Positions 12,781-26,835 are shown, numbered from the stretch's first letter. The stretch: DNA of 64,000 nucleotides from Mobula hypostoma (GCF_963921235.1 NC_086118.1:17858001-17922000), one strand, 5' to 3'. Numbers and translations: made by a program. The notes: a model not told the origin generated them from the sequence alone.

Positions 12781-13596
12781 CTCCAAAACAGATACAATAG
12801 GGTCTTTTAAGAGTCTCTTGGATAGGTACATGGAGCTTAGAAAAATAGAGGACTATGGGTAACCTTAGGTAATTTCTAAAGTAGGTACATGTTCGCCAAA
12901 GGGCCTATATTGTGCTGAAGGTTTTCTATGTTTCTAAGTCCAGGAGATTTTGCTGTTGTGGCCTTCAAACTGTAAAGCCTTTATATAAAAATTTTCAGGT
13001 GCTTAATTTGTTATGCTGCAATCATGTAACTACTCATTCTCTTCCTTATGAGCTCCCTATGAAATCAGTTTGCAGAAAGATGGACGATACATTCTGTTGC
13101 ATGAATGGACTAGATTGGAAGCAAACCTGAACACATCCCACATAAAGAATTAGGTTTTCTGGCTCTTTACCCCTCAGATCTCCCTCCCATCAAATTCATT
13201 GTCAAAGTACATATATGTCACCATATTCTACCTTGAGATTCATTTTCTGGGCAGTATTTACAGAAAAATAAATAAATACAAAATAATTTATTGAAAGCCA
13301 TTATGTAGACAAAGCTCCAGAAATATTTTTCTGAAAATCAGGGTGGGCAGATACTGCACAATTTTTTCTGGAGTTGTGGCATTTCCTTTTGACTCTCGCC
13401 CACCTTCTGAACATCTTTGCAGTTCAGCTTGATTGCTTCCCACCAGTGCGTCAAAGAATCAGCTATTTTTTAAAGTCTCCTGAGTAAATATAGATGCAAA
13501 AAATCCATTTAAGATCTCTCCCATCTCTTTTGGCTCTTGCATAGGTTATCATTCTGATATTCCATAATCTTCCACAATGTCTTCTCCTTTGTTAAA

Positions 13597-14010
13597 GAAT
13601 CAGATTCAGAATCAGGTTTAATATCACTGGCATATGCCGTGAAATTTGTTGTTATGCGACAGTAGTTCATTGCAATACATGATTTTAAGACAAAATTACA
13701 GAAAGAAAGATGTATATAAAAGTTAAATAATTAGTGCAAAAAAGGAAAAAAAGTAGTAAGTTGGTGTTCATGGGCTTATCGTCCATTCAGAAATCTGATG
13801 GCAAAGGGGAAATAGCTATTTCTGAATTGGTGAGTGTGGCATATGGCTTCTATGACTTCTTGAGCAACATAAACAATGCTGGAGGAACTCACGGACAGGC
13901 AGCACTTATGGAAAGAAATGTACAATCAATATTTCAGGTTGAGACCCTTCACCTGGACTGAAAAACATAAGGGAGATAGACAGTATATATTTTTTTAAAA
14001 AGGCAGTGGG
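13597..14010 (-). mobile_element. Rex1/Babar tail fragment followed by a decayed PLE tail
   Basis: AGAATCAGATTCAGAATCAGGTTT tail as at 50421; from ~13860 a PLE tail with degenerate hammerhead (~13924-13960). Confidence 0.7.
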
Positions 14011-16109
14011 ATGGGACTTCTATGACTTCTTATTGGCCAGAAATGGTAACAAGGATGATTCAGTTATGTTGTAGTGGAATAGAGATGAAGAGCAGTTGTG
14101 TTAGAGGAGTCTTTCAAGTAGGTGCTGACTGCCTTACTATACTTGATAAGTATATCCCCTTTCGTATCCCTTGGCAGTGTGGTGCTTCCAGTGTTTGTGT
14201 AGTAAGTGCTTTTGACAACACTGAAGATTAAGCATGACATGGCTGGATCTGGACTTGTTCTTTCCACCTGCCATCAGTTATTTCATGCTTGGGGTTCTTA
14301 CTGGATCTTGGCTTTCAGATGCCTGGTAGAGATATTTATTTTCCCCTTGACATGTGGAGGAGCATACAAGATTACCTTGTATTTCTGGTTAACTAGCTTC
14401 TCAATATCCCAGTTATTGTCATCAAAACAATCTCAGTACTTTGTAGTAGAGATTAGAGTCTTCACATAAACATGCTATCAATCATTCAGAAGGTGCAATC
14501 GGCTGGGATTTTTCAGATTGTCTTGGTGCCCATTCTGTGCAGGTGATAAGGACACCTTCTGACCTCTTTCTTGGATAATGATACAGTCTTAGAGCTGCCA
14601 GGGTCTGGAGCTAGTGTGTTGCCAAAGGGTCTTGCTTTTGTCCCTTTGGGTGCTGGCTATGATAGAACTATATTCCAAACATATTGTCAGGTCACAGATC
14701 CATTTGGAATTGCCCTACCTTAATCCCTCCTTACAGGACATACCTTGACAGAGAACTATAGTTTTCCCATCCCGATATTGAAGTAATCCAGGAAGTTCAG
14801 TGGGCTGGGTTTCTTTCTCATGATTGAAATGGAAGTTTTCATTGGCGTTATTCATTGTGGATCATATATTGTATGTTGATGACTACAGTGAGTTGGTTTT
14901 ATGCTATGGTGGGCTAGAGGATCATGAGGCATTCACAGATTACATTGATAGAATCAATAAGAAACCAGATTAGTTCACACCTGATTGTTTATTTTATGAA
15001 GATGCTGTTCCTTTTCAACTTTGCCCTTGCAGAGTACAATGTACTCACCACCTTGCTGTCCTGCCTGTTGTATCTCAGAGTTGGCAGATTCACAGAGTCT
15101 GAGTTCCTGTCTATGATAATTAACTGATGTTCAGGTCTGTAGCCATCCACACCCTGAGTGAACAAATAGTTGCCCTGACTAACTGACTTAATTATGAACT
15201 GGAGAGTTTCTTTTCTAAGCTGTTGCATGGAGAGCATGCATAATACTTTTGTGTGACATATGTTAGGAAAGGTTGCAAGTTCAAGCTACTTTTGTTTCAA
15301 ATGTAGATCTGAAAATTTATCATCCAATTCTATCTCCCTCGTTGAGCTACAGATACATTCTGATGAAATTCAAGTAATGATTATTTACAAGGGTAGACCT
15401 TCTGGGCTTAAAGACCAATTAAATTACAACTTTTCTTTAGCAACAAAAGAATAAAATGAGACATAAATCAACATATCATTTGAAACAATGAATGCAAAGG
15501 CCAACCTGTATTAAATAGGATTGAAGGGATCAACTTGGCAGAGTTGGCCTTTTGTCAGTTTCTTAAATTGTTGAAAAGCCCAGACAGGTTGGCAAGAAGA
15601 ATTATATTCCCTTCGTTGCTTTAGTGGCACTCTTGCTTGAAGCACTTGAAATTTAATGATCAGGAAGATTGTCAATGATCTAGGTCAAGTGGGGAATCAT
15701 TTGCTGTGGGATATAGAAGTGGGTCACATCTTATTTCACCAAGCTCTGATTGAACAGTTAATTTAATTGACGATGGGTTTATTTATAGCCAAATGGTGAC
15801 AAAATATCTAGAAAAATGCTTGAGAGTTGAGTCTTTAGCCAATTTTTTTTATGATTTATTTTAGTAACGTTTATTTTACATTAGTCATTATAATGGGATT
15901 TTCAGTTTGTTCAAAAATCTGGTATTAGTAATGTTTTCACCAGTTTGTTGTTGTTGCTGTTGTAGGTAGAGTAAATATAAGTTATTTATGTGCTATTTGC
16001 TGTTTCCAGTCACATTGTGTTATGCTTCAGAGGCATGATGTGTAGTTTGAGCTGGCTTTGTGTCATTTGCAAATCATGTTGCATCTTGCAAAACAATTTA
16101 GGGCATATA

Positions 16110-17718
16110 CAGTGGCATACAAAAGTTTGGGCACCCCGGCCAAATTTCTGTTATTGTGGACGTTAAGTGAGTAGAAGATGAACTGATCTCCAAAAGTCAT
16201 AAAGTTAAAGATGAAACATTCTTTTCAACATTTTAAGGATGATTAGTGTATTATTTTTGTTTTGTACATTTTAGAGTGGAAAAAAAGGAAAGGAGCACCA
16301 TGCAAAAGTTTGGGCACTGCCAGAGATTTGAGCTCTCAGATAACTTCTACCAAGGTCTCAGACCTTAATTAGCTTGTTAGGGCTATGGCTTGTTCACAGT
16401 CACCGTTAGGAAAGATCAGGTAATGCAAATTTCAAAGCTTTATAAACACCCTGACTCCTCAAACCTTGTCCCAACAATCAGCAGCCCTGGGCTCCTCTAA
16501 GCAGCTGCCGAGCACTCTGACAATTAAAATAAATGATGCCCACAAAGCAGGAGAAGGTTATAAGAAGGTAGCAAAGAGTTTTCAGGTAGCTGTTTCCTCA
16601 GTTCGTAATGTAATTAAGAAATGGCAGTTAACAGGAACGGTGGAGGTCAGGTTGAGGTCAGGAAGACCAAGAAAACTTTCCAAGAGAACTGCTTGTAGGA
16701 TTGCTAGAAAGGCAAATCAAAACCCTCGTTTGACTGGAAAAGACCTTCAGGAAGATTTTGCAGACTCTGGAGTGGTGGTGCACTGTTCTACTGTGCAGCA
16801 ACACCTGCACAAATATGACCTTCATGGAAGAGTTATCAGAAGAAGAAAACCTTTCCTGTGTCCTCACCACAAAATTTAGCATCAGAAGTTTGCAAAGGAA
16901 CATCTAAACAAGCCTGATGCATTTTGGAAACAAGTCCTGTGGACTGATGAAGTTAAAATATAATTTTTTGGCCGCAATGAGCAAAGGGTCAGAAAAGGGT
17001 GCAGAATTTCATGAAAAGATCACCTCTCCAACTGTTAGCATGGGGGTGGATTAATCAAGCTTTGGGCTTGTGTTGTAGCCAGTAGCATGGGGAACATTTC
17101 ACCGGTAGAGGGAAGAATGAATTCAATTAAATACCAGCAAAGTCTGGAAGCAAACATCACACTGTCTGTAAAAAAGCTGAAGATGAAAAGAGGGATGGCT
17201 TCTACAATAGGATAATGATCCTAAACACACCTCAGAATCCACAATGGACTACCTCGAGGCACAAGCTGAAGGTTTTGCCATGGCCCTCACAGCCCCCCGA
17301 CCTAAACATCATCGAAAATCTGTGGACAGACCTCAAAAGAGCAGTGCATGCAAGATGGCCCAAGAATTTCACAGAACTAGAAGCCTATTGCAAGGAAGAA
17401 TCGGTGAAAATCCCCCAAACAAGAATTGAAAGACTCTTAGCTGGCTACAGAAAGCATTTGCAAGCTGTGATACTTGCCAAAGGGGGTGTTACTAAGTACT
17501 GACCATGCAGGGTGCCCAAACTATTGCTTTGGGTCTTTTTCCTTTTTTGTTGTTTTGAAACTGTAAAAGATGGAAATAAAAAAGTAGTCTTAAAATATTA
17601 AAGAAATGTGTCATCTTTAACTTTATGCCTTTTGGAAATCAGGTCATCTTTTACTTGCTTAGCTATTCACAGTAACAGAAATTTTGACCAGGGGTGCTCA
17701 AACTTTTGCATACCACTA
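16110..17718 (+). mobile_element. Full-length Tc1 DNA transposon, IR/DR type, transposase disrupted
   Basis: TA-CAGTGGCATACAAAAGTTTGGGCACCCC ... GGGGTGCTCAAACTTTTGCATACCACTA; ~210-bp TIRs with inner direct repeats at ~16300 and ~17511. Confidence 0.95.
16487..17502 (+). pseudogene. Tc1 transposase pseudogene
   Basis: HTH region (GEGYKKVAKSFQV..VRNVIKKW), GRPRK, VLWTDE, DNDPKH, PDLNIIENLW; stops and frameshifts, and no ATG at the expected start. Confidence 0.92.
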
Positions 17719-18004
17719 GATATAGCAGGATCCAGTGCAGTGAAGTTTGCCATGGTGCTTTAAATGAAACAAAGTGCTTTGGGAAAACAATCAAGTATAA
17801 CTAATACTTCAGGTTGGTTGTTCATTGGTGCCTAGCTGTAGTTTTTGATGATATTGCTGCAGGTATTGTACTTCCATGCTGGAAACATGAATGGAAAATT
17901 ATTATCATACAACATGCTCTGGACTTTTCAAAATGAGAAGAATAGAAAATAAAGTTACCCATTCTAAGTTGCATGCTATTTGATAAGGTAAGACACTAAT
18001 CTGG

Positions 18005-18270
18005 GTGGTGGGGTGGAAATACATCTCTACTCCTTCTCTCCGCTAGCATGTAGGTTAGCCTTGCGCAAAGTGATTCACCTGCTTTAGTCCCTCCCCGTCT
18101 CTCCCCACCCCCCCTACATCACAGTCACGTGAAGCCATGGGAACAGGTGGTGGATGGTTGTATGAACATCTCGTGCATATCACAAGCCCTAGTTATGCAA
18201 TGACAGATGCCAGGCAGACAATCTTTGAAGAGTATTGCTAATGGCTGGGGTGACCCATCTTATAAAGACA
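18005..18270 (+). repeat. SINE-like interspersed repeat fragment, probably RTE-related
   Basis: GCCAGGCAGACAATCT motif recurs at ~25047; family assignment from recall only. Confidence 0.4.
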
Positions 18271-18549
18271 TAAGGCAGCAGTTCGATGAAGAATTTGTAG
18301 AGTTGTGAAGTCCACTTTGTAGCTGTGTAAACGTAAATGTTGTAGATTCAGTTGGAACCTGACTAGGTTGCCAGTCTTCCAAGGTTGTTCAAAAATTAAA
18401 GATGGATATCTTTGACATTAATATCCTCTGAACAACAAAAAGGAAAAGAAATGTTTTTTGAAGTCTCTCTTTGATCACAGTAATAACCCTCAGCTTATCC
18501 TGGATATAATGTAGATTTGTTGCTTGAATTCTCCAGTATCTGACAAAGT

Positions 18550-19040
18550 ATTGGTATTGGTTTATTATTGTCTCAAATACAGTGAAAAGCTATGTTTTGT
18601 GTGCTATCCATCCAGATCATGTCATAAATAGTTATAGAGGTAGTAAAAAGAAAACAGAATGCAGAGTATACTGTAGAGTTGGGGTTACAGAGCAAGTGCA
18701 ATTCTGGTAAATATTATAAGTGCCAGTGCCACAATCAAGTAGATTGGGAGGTCATTGTTCATCTAGCGTATGAGGTGCATTCACAAGTTTGTTAACAGTG
18801 GGATAGAAGCCATCCTCTAGTCTGGTGGCACATTATTTCAAACTTCTAAACCTTCTGCTGAAGAAGAGAGAATAACTAGGGTAGGAGGAGTCCTTGATTT
18901 TTAGATGCCTTCCTCAGAAAGCGGGAAGTGTAGATGAACTTGGTGGAGGAGAAGATAGGATTGGGCTATGTTCACAACTCTGCAATTTTTTGCGGTCATG
19001 AGCAGAGCAACTGTCAAACAAGCTGTGATGCATCTGCAGT
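18550..19040 (-). mobile_element. Rex1/Babar LINE 3' fragment (old)
   Basis: GTATTGGTATTGGTTTATTATTGTC tail and decayed C-terminal coding sequence similar to 56360-56680. Confidence 0.6.
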
Positions 19041-19557
19041 GTAGAACATTGTGGGTATTGCAGCCACAATATCGATATTTGACAGATCTAACAGGTGAAT
19101 GTGAAGAGCTAGGATGCCACTGAGTCCCTGCTAACCTAAATTAGGAATTGTAGATGTAAAATAATTCAGAGTGAAGTTGCTTGGAATGTTTCCCCCTCAC
19201 TGTGGCAGACAGCTGTGCAACTCCACTGTGAGCATGCACGTACTTAAAGCTTTTGAGAGAAGAACTGCAGTTAGAGTTCAGCAGTATTGTGTACCACTGG
19301 TTGGATTTCATCCTGATTGCTAGTAACTGAGTTAGGCGGATGCCTCATAGAGGTCTGATTGCTTCCAGAAGTGAGCAAACAGGTAGCACTTAGAAGACTA
19401 AAATTTCTCCTGTAATGTGAAGATTTTGAAAGAAAATATTTATTTCTAAATTTGCAACTCTATTGGGTAATTGCTATCATGGTCATATCCAGAATTAAAC
19501 CAAGACACACTGAAATCTTAACTGTCATTACATATGTACAAAATATGTATGAATTTG

Positions 19558-19861
19558 TTGGCGCGTGGCCAAGTGATTAAGGTGCCAGTCTAGTGATCTG
19601 AAAGTCGCTAGTTCAAGCCTCAGCTGAGGCAGCATGTTGTGTCCTTGAGCAAGGCACTTAACCATACGTTGCTCTGCGACGACACCGGTGCCAAGCTGTA
19701 TCAGCCCTAGTGCCCTTCCCTTGGACAACATTGGTGGCGTGGAGAAGGGAGACTTGCAGCATGGGCAACTGCCAGTCTTCCATGCAACCTTGCCCAGGCC
19801 TGCGCCCTGGAAAAACCTTCCAAGGCGCAAATCCATGGTCTCACGAGACTAACGGAGGCCG
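19558..19861 (+). mobile_element. tRNA-derived SINE with CORE-like segment
   Basis: A-box TGGCCAAGTGATTAAGG, B-box AGTTCAAGCC, CCTTGAGCAAGGCACTTAACC; perfect 15-bp TSD ATATGTATGAATTTG (19543-19557 / 19862-19876). Confidence 0.9.
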
Positions 19862-21749
19862 ATATGTATGAATTTGCCATTAAAGTACTGGATTATTATC
19901 ACTTCCTACTGTTTATTTGTCTATAATGTATGCTTGTTTGTGTATTGAATATTTCAGTAATACTTGAGTAATATTGTAAATATATTGATTAAGCATTCTT
20001 TGTTTAAATAATTCATTATGGGTTATATGTAAAAGTATGTAAATGGCATACATCACACTACCATGTGATATATGAGTATCTCGCTTAAAGTAAACAAAAA
20101 ACAAAACTACAGTAAATCCCGTTATCAGGTTGCCATCATTTTCTTGCAATAAGATTTATGTTTTGGACTTACAAAACATAACACCTCTGATCTATTGTTC
20201 ATTCCTTAATCAAGATGGAAGTGCTGCAATTCTGCTTTCCATTTGTTCTATTATCTCTGTCTTTTACATTCTTCCATTCAGAACAACAGATTTGAATTAC
20301 CTTATGATTTGTTCATGGTCTATTGGTCTTGAATACAACGATTTATAAATTTGGCTGTATTCTGGTGTATTAAACCTTCCGCTGCAGGGATCTTGTAATC
20401 ATTTCTGAACAAACAGTGCTTGTGCTTGGAACAGGCATAAGCAAATATGGGGCCTCAGGGCTCTTTGAGGTGACCATTAAAAGATCAAACTACCATGTGT
20501 TATCCACTACTGGTGATAACAGTCCTCAATAAAATTAAGCCTTGGGACATCTTGCCATTAGGAATTTACTGAACTGATTGTAGAATTAGCATATGAAATC
20601 GTGATCTTACCAACTGTTTTTTTTAACACAATCCCCATTCTAATCACTCTTATTGCCTCAAGCTGCAGCCCTGACTGACTGAAGTGGAGGTTCATGCCTC
20701 ACACTTCTGTCATCCACATCCGTCTACAGTATGTATCCCTTATTATCCTCTCAATAATGACTATCTAGTTTGTGCTCATCCTCTCGTCTGATCTCCACTC
20801 CTAGCTGGAATTCTGTTGCTCCACTGTTAGCCGTATCGCCAGTAGAATTTTGATCTTTCACCACCATGTTTTGATGCTTGAGTTTGGTTTGAGTGGTATA
20901 ACATCTGTTTTTATAGGAAAAAAATAGGTTTAGTTCTTTTTTTCAATCAGTCATTCTCCAAAAGATAACAAGAAAGACAGATTCACTGACACTTTTCCAA
21001 ATGTCTTGAAACAAATTGAGTGTATAACTCTCTCTGCTGCAGAATTTTGATCAGATCAATGTATCCAAATTGTTAAAACAATTTGCCATTGTAAACTAAA
21101 GAGACACCGAAAGGAGAGAGCACTCATTTAATTAGGATATGTCAGTGGGAAATGGAATTATAGAGGAAACTGAATGCTGTTGTTCCTTTTCTAATTGACC
21201 CATTAAACTGGTCACTCATCAGCTTAACATAAACATCTGATAAATTGGACATTATTAAGCAATTATTGTTATAATTTCTCAACATAAAGATATTCCATAG
21301 AACATAGACATAGAATAGTACAGCACAGTACAGGCCCTACGGCCCACAATGTTGTGCCAACCCTCAAACCCTGCCTCTGATATAACCCCCCACCTTAAAT
21401 TCCTCCATATACCTGACTCGATTTATCTGACTTGACTTCCTCTTCGGCTTGTGACACATTTGTACTTGATCCACCTTTGGATTCCCTAAAATTTTGTGAA
21501 TGATAAAACTACAATCTCATCCTTTGTGCACATTTTAAATTTATTTGAGTTCCGTAGGCCATTTTTTGGTCATTCATTAAATAGTTCAATGGTCGTTCTC
21601 AGCCCATTATGCATGATGGGTAAGTGTGTCCAACAATTGGCTATATTCAAATGAAAGACGGAGTTTCATCATAGGAAGACCAAGCCCATTGCTATATTAG
21701 TGAAGAATGCAGGAAAGGTTACCAAGTTAAAATTGAAATATTTAATGTT

Positions 21750-22610
21750 TCATGACAGTGGGAAAGTGTGTATGGAACCAAAAGAAATAGCAGAGGTACT
21801 TAATGAATACTTTATTTCAGTATTTACTATGGAAAAGGATCTTGGTGATTGTAGTGATGACTTGCAGCGGACTGAAAAGCCTGAGCATCAAGAAAGAGGA
21901 TGTGCTGGAGCTTTTGGAAAGCATCATGTTGGATAAGTCGCTGGGACAGAATGAGATGTACCCCAGGCTACTGTGGGAGGCGGGGGAGGAGATCGCTGAG
22001 CCTCTTGCAATGATTTTTCATCATCAATGGGAACAGGAAAGGTTCCGGAGGATTGGAGGGTTGCAGATATTGTTCCATTATTCAAGAAAAGGAGTAGAAA
22101 TAGCCCAGGAAATTATAGACCAGTGAGTCTTACTTCAGTGGTTGGTAAGTTGATGGAGAAAATCCTGAGAGGCCGGATTTATGAACCTTTGGAGAGGTAC
22201 AATCTGATTAGGAAAAGTCAGCATAGCTTTGTCAATGGCACGTCGTGCCTTACGAGCCTGATTGGATTTTTTGAGGATGTGACTAAACACATTGATGAAG
22301 GTAGAGCAGTAGATATAGTGTATATGGATTTCAGCAAGGCATTTGATAAGGTACCCCATGCAAGGCTTATTGACAAAGTAAAGAGGCATGGGATCCAAGG
22401 AGACATTGCTTTGTGGATCCAGAACTGGCTTGCCCACAGAAGACAAAGAGAGGTTGTAGACAGGTCATATTCTGCATGGAGGTCGGGGTGTTGGGGGTGT
22501 TGTGGATAGAGTAGAGGGCTGTGAGAGGTTACAGCGAGACATTGATTGGATGCAAAACTGGGCTGAGAAGTGGCAGATGGAGTTCCACCCAGATAAGTGT
22601 GAAGTAGTTT
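21750..22610 (+). mobile_element. CR1 LINE RT fragment
   Basis: ORF 22027-22509 with VPEDWRVADIVPLFKK, NYRPVSLTSVVGKLME, YMDFSKAFDKVPH. Confidence 0.93.
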
Positions 22611-24414
22611 AAACCTAACTTGCAACACTTTGTACAAATAAATCTAAAAGTTTAATAAATGGAATGTTATTAGGGTGACTGGATGGAGATGATTAAAATA
22701 TGACAATTATTCCAATGAGTAGATCGTTTTGAATACATAACTTCATGCCTTCATCAGTGTGGTGGATCAGTTCAAATTTGGGATAGAAGTCAGTTCATAC
22801 ATATAAGGATGGGCTAGTAGGAGGCAGGTAAGGTCTGTTCCTGTGTCTTCCACAATTGTGTATTCCCATTGATTTCCCCAAAACAAGTTAGTTTGACTAG
22901 CATAATATAAACTACAGCCAATGTGTTCTGATTGTTAACTACCAGTGTTACTGCATTTTGAAAATGAATCTAATCGACTCTAACCAATATAGTGTCATAT
23001 CATACCTATGTGAAAACTCACTTTCTTAACAATTCTGGGGCAAAACAATGTCAAAATTGGGCTGTCTATATTAATTCCATTTTTGATCCTCTTGATCTGC
23101 AAGGCATTTGGCAAGCTTTCAGAATCTGTCTTCTGAAAGCACCATGTTCATTTCTAGCACCTTGATCCTAAATGTTTCCAACTTTCTCACAAATCCTAGT
23201 TTTGTTATGCTCCTTTGCACATGTACATCCCTTGTGTCCTGGCAATAAGATTGTAAGAACATCAAATTCTTTATCTGACTTATTAAATCACAGGCCAGTA
23301 CTGACTGATTTAAGTTTGCTACAGTGATGATGAGATCTCAAAATGTGAGTGACTCATAAATCATGCTGTACCAGCTGGTCCTTGGCTGTCTCTTAGTTTC
23401 CTCTTGACTTTTCCTATCACACTCTGCCTTTGCACGCACAGCTTTTCTCTTAAGTTAATGTGTTTTAATCACTTAATGGGAGTGGAGAAAATTATTTCTT
23501 CTGAATTTAGCCAGCTTGTCTTTTTAATAGAGTCATAATATTTTGGCTTTTACTGTTTTCTCTTTTTGTTAATGTTGGCTGAGTGTCCGTCCTTGGGAAC
23601 ATTACTAGAAATTAACAGTCTATTGAAAGTATGTAACAGGAACTTCTAGATCAGAACAAAAGAAATAAAAGCGGATGACTTGGCCATTCGTGCCATCTCA
23701 CTGGAACACAAGCAAAGATGAACAGAAGTAGGCTGTCAAGATCCTCAACCCTGTCCCACCATTCAATATGATTGTGGCTGATCTACCTTAGGCCCCTGCT
23801 CCTCTGTACTAGTTCCCCAGTCTTTTCATCTTTCAAATTTCACTTTAACTACTTATAAAGGCATTGCCTATACCCCTCTCTTGAGTAGAAAATTCCAATG
23901 ATTCACTCCCCTGTGTGAAGAAATTTCTTCTCAATTCATTGCTGAATGACTGACTCCATATTTTGACACTATCTTCCTCTGGGCTGGGTTCCAGACAACC
24001 CAGCCCAGAGGAGCATGGTCACCTGAAAAATTTCATAAATGACCCAAATAAGTTGCTGTCATAATGGAGTCCAGGATGCTCATATCTGAATCGGTCTCAC
24101 TTTGAGGTGATCTTGCCACCGGGTATAGATTGACACTCTGCTCCTGATGAGCTTACCCTCATTCTTAGCTCTCAGTTGGATGGGGCTTTGTGCATTTGAA
24201 CTGTAGATGGCTTTCAAAGTGTGGAAGAACATGCATGTCGTAGCCACTGGAGAGTAGCAGTGTCTCCTGCACTGCCTTCAACCGCCATCTATTTTTTAGG
24301 CCACAGGTTTACTGATGGAGCTTTGCCTTCGGGTGTCTGCAGACCTGTTTCTTTTCACTAGGAAAAATATACTTTTTCTCTCAGACTACTATCTGCATGC
24401 TAGATCTTTACTTA

Positions 24415-24900
24415 GGACATAGAACAGTATAGCACACTACAGGCCTTTCAGCCCACAATGTTGTGCTGACCTTTTAAGCTACTATTCTTTTCCTCCCACG
24501 GAGCCCATATCCCTTCGCCCATTTGCCTATCTAAGAGTCTCTTAAATATTCCTAATGTATCAGCCTCTACCACCACCCCGTCAGTGTGTTCCATTCACTT
24601 GTCTCTCTGTGTGTAAAAACCCTACTTCTGACATCCCCTCCCCCCAACTAGAGTTCTGCCAATTACCTTAAAAATATGGCCTATTGTGTTAGTTATTGTT
24701 ATCCTGGGGATAAAGGTGCTGGCTGTCCACTCTAACTGTAAGTCTTATCATCTTGTACATCTCTTTCACGCTTCTTTGCTCCACAGTGAAAAGCCCTAGC
24801 TTGCTTAACCTAGCTTCATAAGACAAGCACTCTAGTCCAGGCAGATCCAAGTAAATCTCCTCTGCACTCTCTCTAAAGCTTCCACATCCTTCCTATAATG
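24415..24900 (-). mobile_element. CR1 LINE 3' fragment
   Basis: CATAGAACAGTATAGCAC..CAGGCCTTTCAGCCCAC tail, as at ~21296-21415, plus decayed RT C-terminus. Confidence 0.75.
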
Positions 24901-25567
24901 AAGCAACCCGAAAGGAGCTTTAGTGGTGACCTTTTGACAGCTGTAAGAGCATTATTGTTTCTAATTATACTATACGTTGTTATTGTTATTCTCAAAAAAA
25001 GTTTTTTAAAGGTTGTAAAGGTAATTCTCTATTTTTTTACACTGACGCCAGGCAGACAATCTTATTCATCATTTCGGTGTCCTGTACTGCAGTTCCTTCT
25101 TTTAACTTCAGCCATTTATGCACTTCCTTCTTCCAAGGATACAGATTGTGTTATGATCTGTCTAATATACCTTGTAACTGTCTAAGTTAAACATCTCTCT
25201 TGGAAGTACAATATTAGCCCTCTGGATTTCAGTGTCGAACAGCATTTGAAGCATGGCGAATTGTTGAGTTATACTGAAGGAAAATTTGAATCTCATAGGA
25301 ATTGTTTCCTTTTGGAATTTGATTCATCTACTTCCTTAATAATTCTTCTACAGGATAATGAATTATGAAATAATTTTAATGAAGTTCCCGAATAAGAATT
25401 AAGCCTAGTTTCTTGATCAGTTACAAAATCCCATTGAGCATGGTCTGGAAAAGAAGAGCCTTATTACTTGTAATGAAGTTGTAAAAGTCACTGTAAAATT
25501 GTACATCTTTATTCATTTCAACAAATTACTTCTGTTGCTAATGCAATGTTTTATGTGCTTTTCACAG

Positions 25568-25729
25568 GGTATTCTCTTCAGTACACCTGACTGTCTGAAA
25601 ACACCTCAAGATTTGGTCACGTTATACCAGCATGAGTCTAATCGCGTCTACAGGGATAAGATGATGGATGAAAAAGACTTCAGTGTCTTTGATAAAATCC
25701 AGACAGAATTGGTGAAGAAGTTCTTTGAT
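25568..25729 (+). CDS. DNAH9: Axonemal dynein heavy chain exon
   Basis: ttcacAG / GTatgt; 54 codons GILFSTPDCLKTPQDLVTLYQHESNRVYRDKMMDEKDFSVFDKIQTELVKKFFD. Confidence 0.95.
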
Positions 25730-26384
25730 GTATGTGCCATAGTTTCAGGCTCCAAGACAAATAAATGTGTTAATGAGAGCACATCAGTCATTTAAGAAAT
25801 TGCCTTAAAACCATCCACCAAATATCTTGGAAATCACAGAAAATTGATTTGTTTATATTGGCCCTGTTTTGTCTTGTCAATCAAAATTGGATGGAGTAGA
25901 AATCAACCCTCTCCCTTTCATGCCTCACCCTCCATATCTCACAGAATATCAGTAGTCTGGAGGACAGTCAATAGCCATTCATTCTAGAGAACAGCATGTG
26001 AATCCAATGTGACTGGATAAAGTAGAAGAGACAAACACTTTGGAACAAAAGTTGGAAACTTGCATCTCTGCTGATTTAAGGTTCTTTTTGATTTTTTCAC
26101 ACAGTATTATTTGTAATTTCTACCACAAGGCAAAAGTCTAATATATAGACATAAATGCAGATTAAAATGCAGGCAAAACACAGGGTAGAGGCCCGATTAG
26201 ATATTACCCTATGATTAAAAATGTTTGGAGCCCATTGATGCATCTAGCACAGTCAGTAGTGCAGATGCTTCCTTTTGATTTAAAAAATATTGCACAATTA
26301 TCTAATGAACAAGAATAATCAACTATGTATTAAAAATACCAAGGTGGTTCTACGAAGAAATGACATGTGGCTTTTGTACCCTAG

Positions 26385-26581
26385 GACATGGAGGAGAGCC
26401 TGGAGCAGGCTAAAATTATGAACATGTACTGCCACTTTTCTGGTGGGATTGGGGAACCCAAGTACATGCCCGTACAGAACTGGGATTCCTTGAACAAAAT
26501 CTTGATGGAAACGCTGGATAATTACAATGAAGTAAACGCTGCAATGAGCTTAGTTCTTTTTGAGGACGCCATGAGTCACAT
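26385..26581 (+). CDS. DNAH9: Axonemal dynein heavy chain exon
   Basis: ccctAG / GTaaga; [30 protein letters not shown]...[10 protein letters not shown](I), phase-2 end. Confidence 0.95.
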
Positions 26582-26672
26582 GTAAGAATACACACATTTT
26601 TCCTTAGTGCTCTTACTGATACAAAACGAATGTAAGCAATGAATAATTATCTCACTATTTTATTTGTCCCAG

Positions 26673-26835
26673 CTGCCGGATTAACCGGATTTTGGAGTTT
26701 CCCAGAGGGAATGCACTTCTTGTTGGTGTTGGGGGAAGTGGCAAACAGAGTCTTACGAGGCTTGCTGCCTACATCAGTTCATTAGAAGTCTTCCAGATCA
26801 CTTTAAGAAAAGGCTATGGCATTCCTGATTTGAAG
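26673..26835 (+). CDS. DNAH9: Axonemal dynein heavy chain exon, AAA4 Walker A
   Basis: gtcccAG / GTaagg; (I)[54 protein letters not shown]; follows a 91-nt intron; absent from the ORF track. Confidence 0.96.

Noticed and set aside
19558..19630. tRNA gene (also 55504-55575)
   Set aside because: A/B boxes run into a SINE body with tail and TSD; no complete cloverleaf.
24158..24170. Isolated CTGATGAG just upstream (~24144) as a hammerhead box, with a partner sought in this stretch
   Set aside because: No matching GAAA box or supporting stems nearby.
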